Origin: Saprolegnia diclina VS20
Taxonomy: Eukaryota
Assembly (NCBI RefSeq): GCF_000281045.1
Contig: NW_008246081.1
Location: forward strand, 610,204-674,203
Length of the DNA: 64,000 nucleotides
Reading direction: 5' to 3'
This document shows positions 63,183 through 64,000 of this stretch, piece after piece (the first letter of the stretch is position 1; the number at the start of each line of letters is the position of its first letter). Position numbers and translations under genes: made by a program. The notes beneath the pieces are model-generated. The model saw nothing but the letters and a program-made list of their open reading frames with translations. It searched no databases and was not told the origin of the DNA.

Positions 63183-64000
63183 TCACTGCATGACTTGGTC
63201 GAGCACATCGAACGTGTGTGTGACTTCGTGCAAGATAAAGTCGCAGATGAGGTCCCGCGGGTTCGAAACGAGCGGACTGCCCGGCGGCGGCGCGATCGGA
63301 AGTTGGCCGTGGAAGCAGAGGCGTCGCCGGGACTCGGTGTCGCTCACACGCTCGAGCACCAATCTAGTAGTCATTGCTATCGTCAGGAGATGTCCGGGCC
63401 ATGAGAGCATGATGACGTACGTGACCACGTCATTGCCACTGTAGAGCCCGTCGATCGGTGGGTGCTTGGGGTCATGCAGCACCGTGTTCATGACGAAGAC
63501 GATGCGGTCTTCCTCGACAAACCGCTTCATGGCCGAGAGTCGGCGCAGGTACGGCCGCCCGCCGCGCAGCGACTCGATTTGCTCGAGGTACGTCGTGTCG
63601 TTGCCGAAATGCTCGAGCGTCTACGTCGGCTAATGAGTGCATATCGATAGAGAATGTGGCGCGCACGACCTTGGATTCGAAGATGCCCTTGAGCGCCGAG
63701 TGGTTCGGGTCGCACCAAATGGACCAGATGTGCATGCCTGCACTCATAAAGTGCGACGGAATGAGGCTCACGGCCTGGACGTCGATCAAAATCGCGTCTT
63801 CGGCCGCGTTGGCCGAGACGTTGAACGCCTTGTGGCCGTCCGGCACGTCAAAGAGGCCGCGTTGGAGCAGCATCGTGTCGACGCGGTCATAGACGTCGGC
63901 CATGAGCGCGTGAAAGCACGCGTGGCGGCCCGCATCATCGAGTGGCATGCGGCGCATCTTCCACTCGACCGTGTCCATGGTCGGAAAAGCCTATAGCAGA
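63183..64000 (-). CDS. bZIP-like + START-like protein, tandem copy 6 (5' part beyond the window)
   Basis: 'MDTVEWKMRRMPLDDAGRHACFHALM', 'KRFVEEDRIVFVMNTVLHDPKHP', 'GQLPIAPPPGSPL...ICDFIL'. Confidence 0.75.

Overview
Eukaryotic DNA, GC-rich and very gene-dense, with many short (about 40-55 nt) GT-AG introns. Gene content, intron size and Inr-like TCATTYY motifs point to an oomycete, probably Saprolegniales (inference). Bases 1-49 kb hold about 22 mostly multi-exon genes, largely alternating in orientation: CFAP100-like, a UEV-PB1-TKL kinase, androglobin-like, LRRC61-like, a multi-TM/adhesin-like protein, a degenerate E1-like protein, TTC27, an RPEL protein, TRAPPC1, a BAG-HSP20 fusion, PEX1, a METTL21-type methyltransferase, a VTT/TVP38 protein, TM-LRR-LNR, KIX-F-box-LRR, ORC2, a class-V aminotransferase, an S/T-P-rich protein, SCAR/WAVE, a beta-lactamase-family hydrolase and a P450. 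After about 49 kb the DNA is gene-sparse: a fold-back MITE-like element, a LINE remnant, and a tandem array of at least six bZIP-like + START-like genes running off the window end. Most notable are a full-length E1-like gene missing its catalytic residues, several unusual domain fusions, and the diversifying bZIP-START-like array. All family assignments come from motif recognition by eye, with no database search. Multi-exon CDS coordinates are outer spans.
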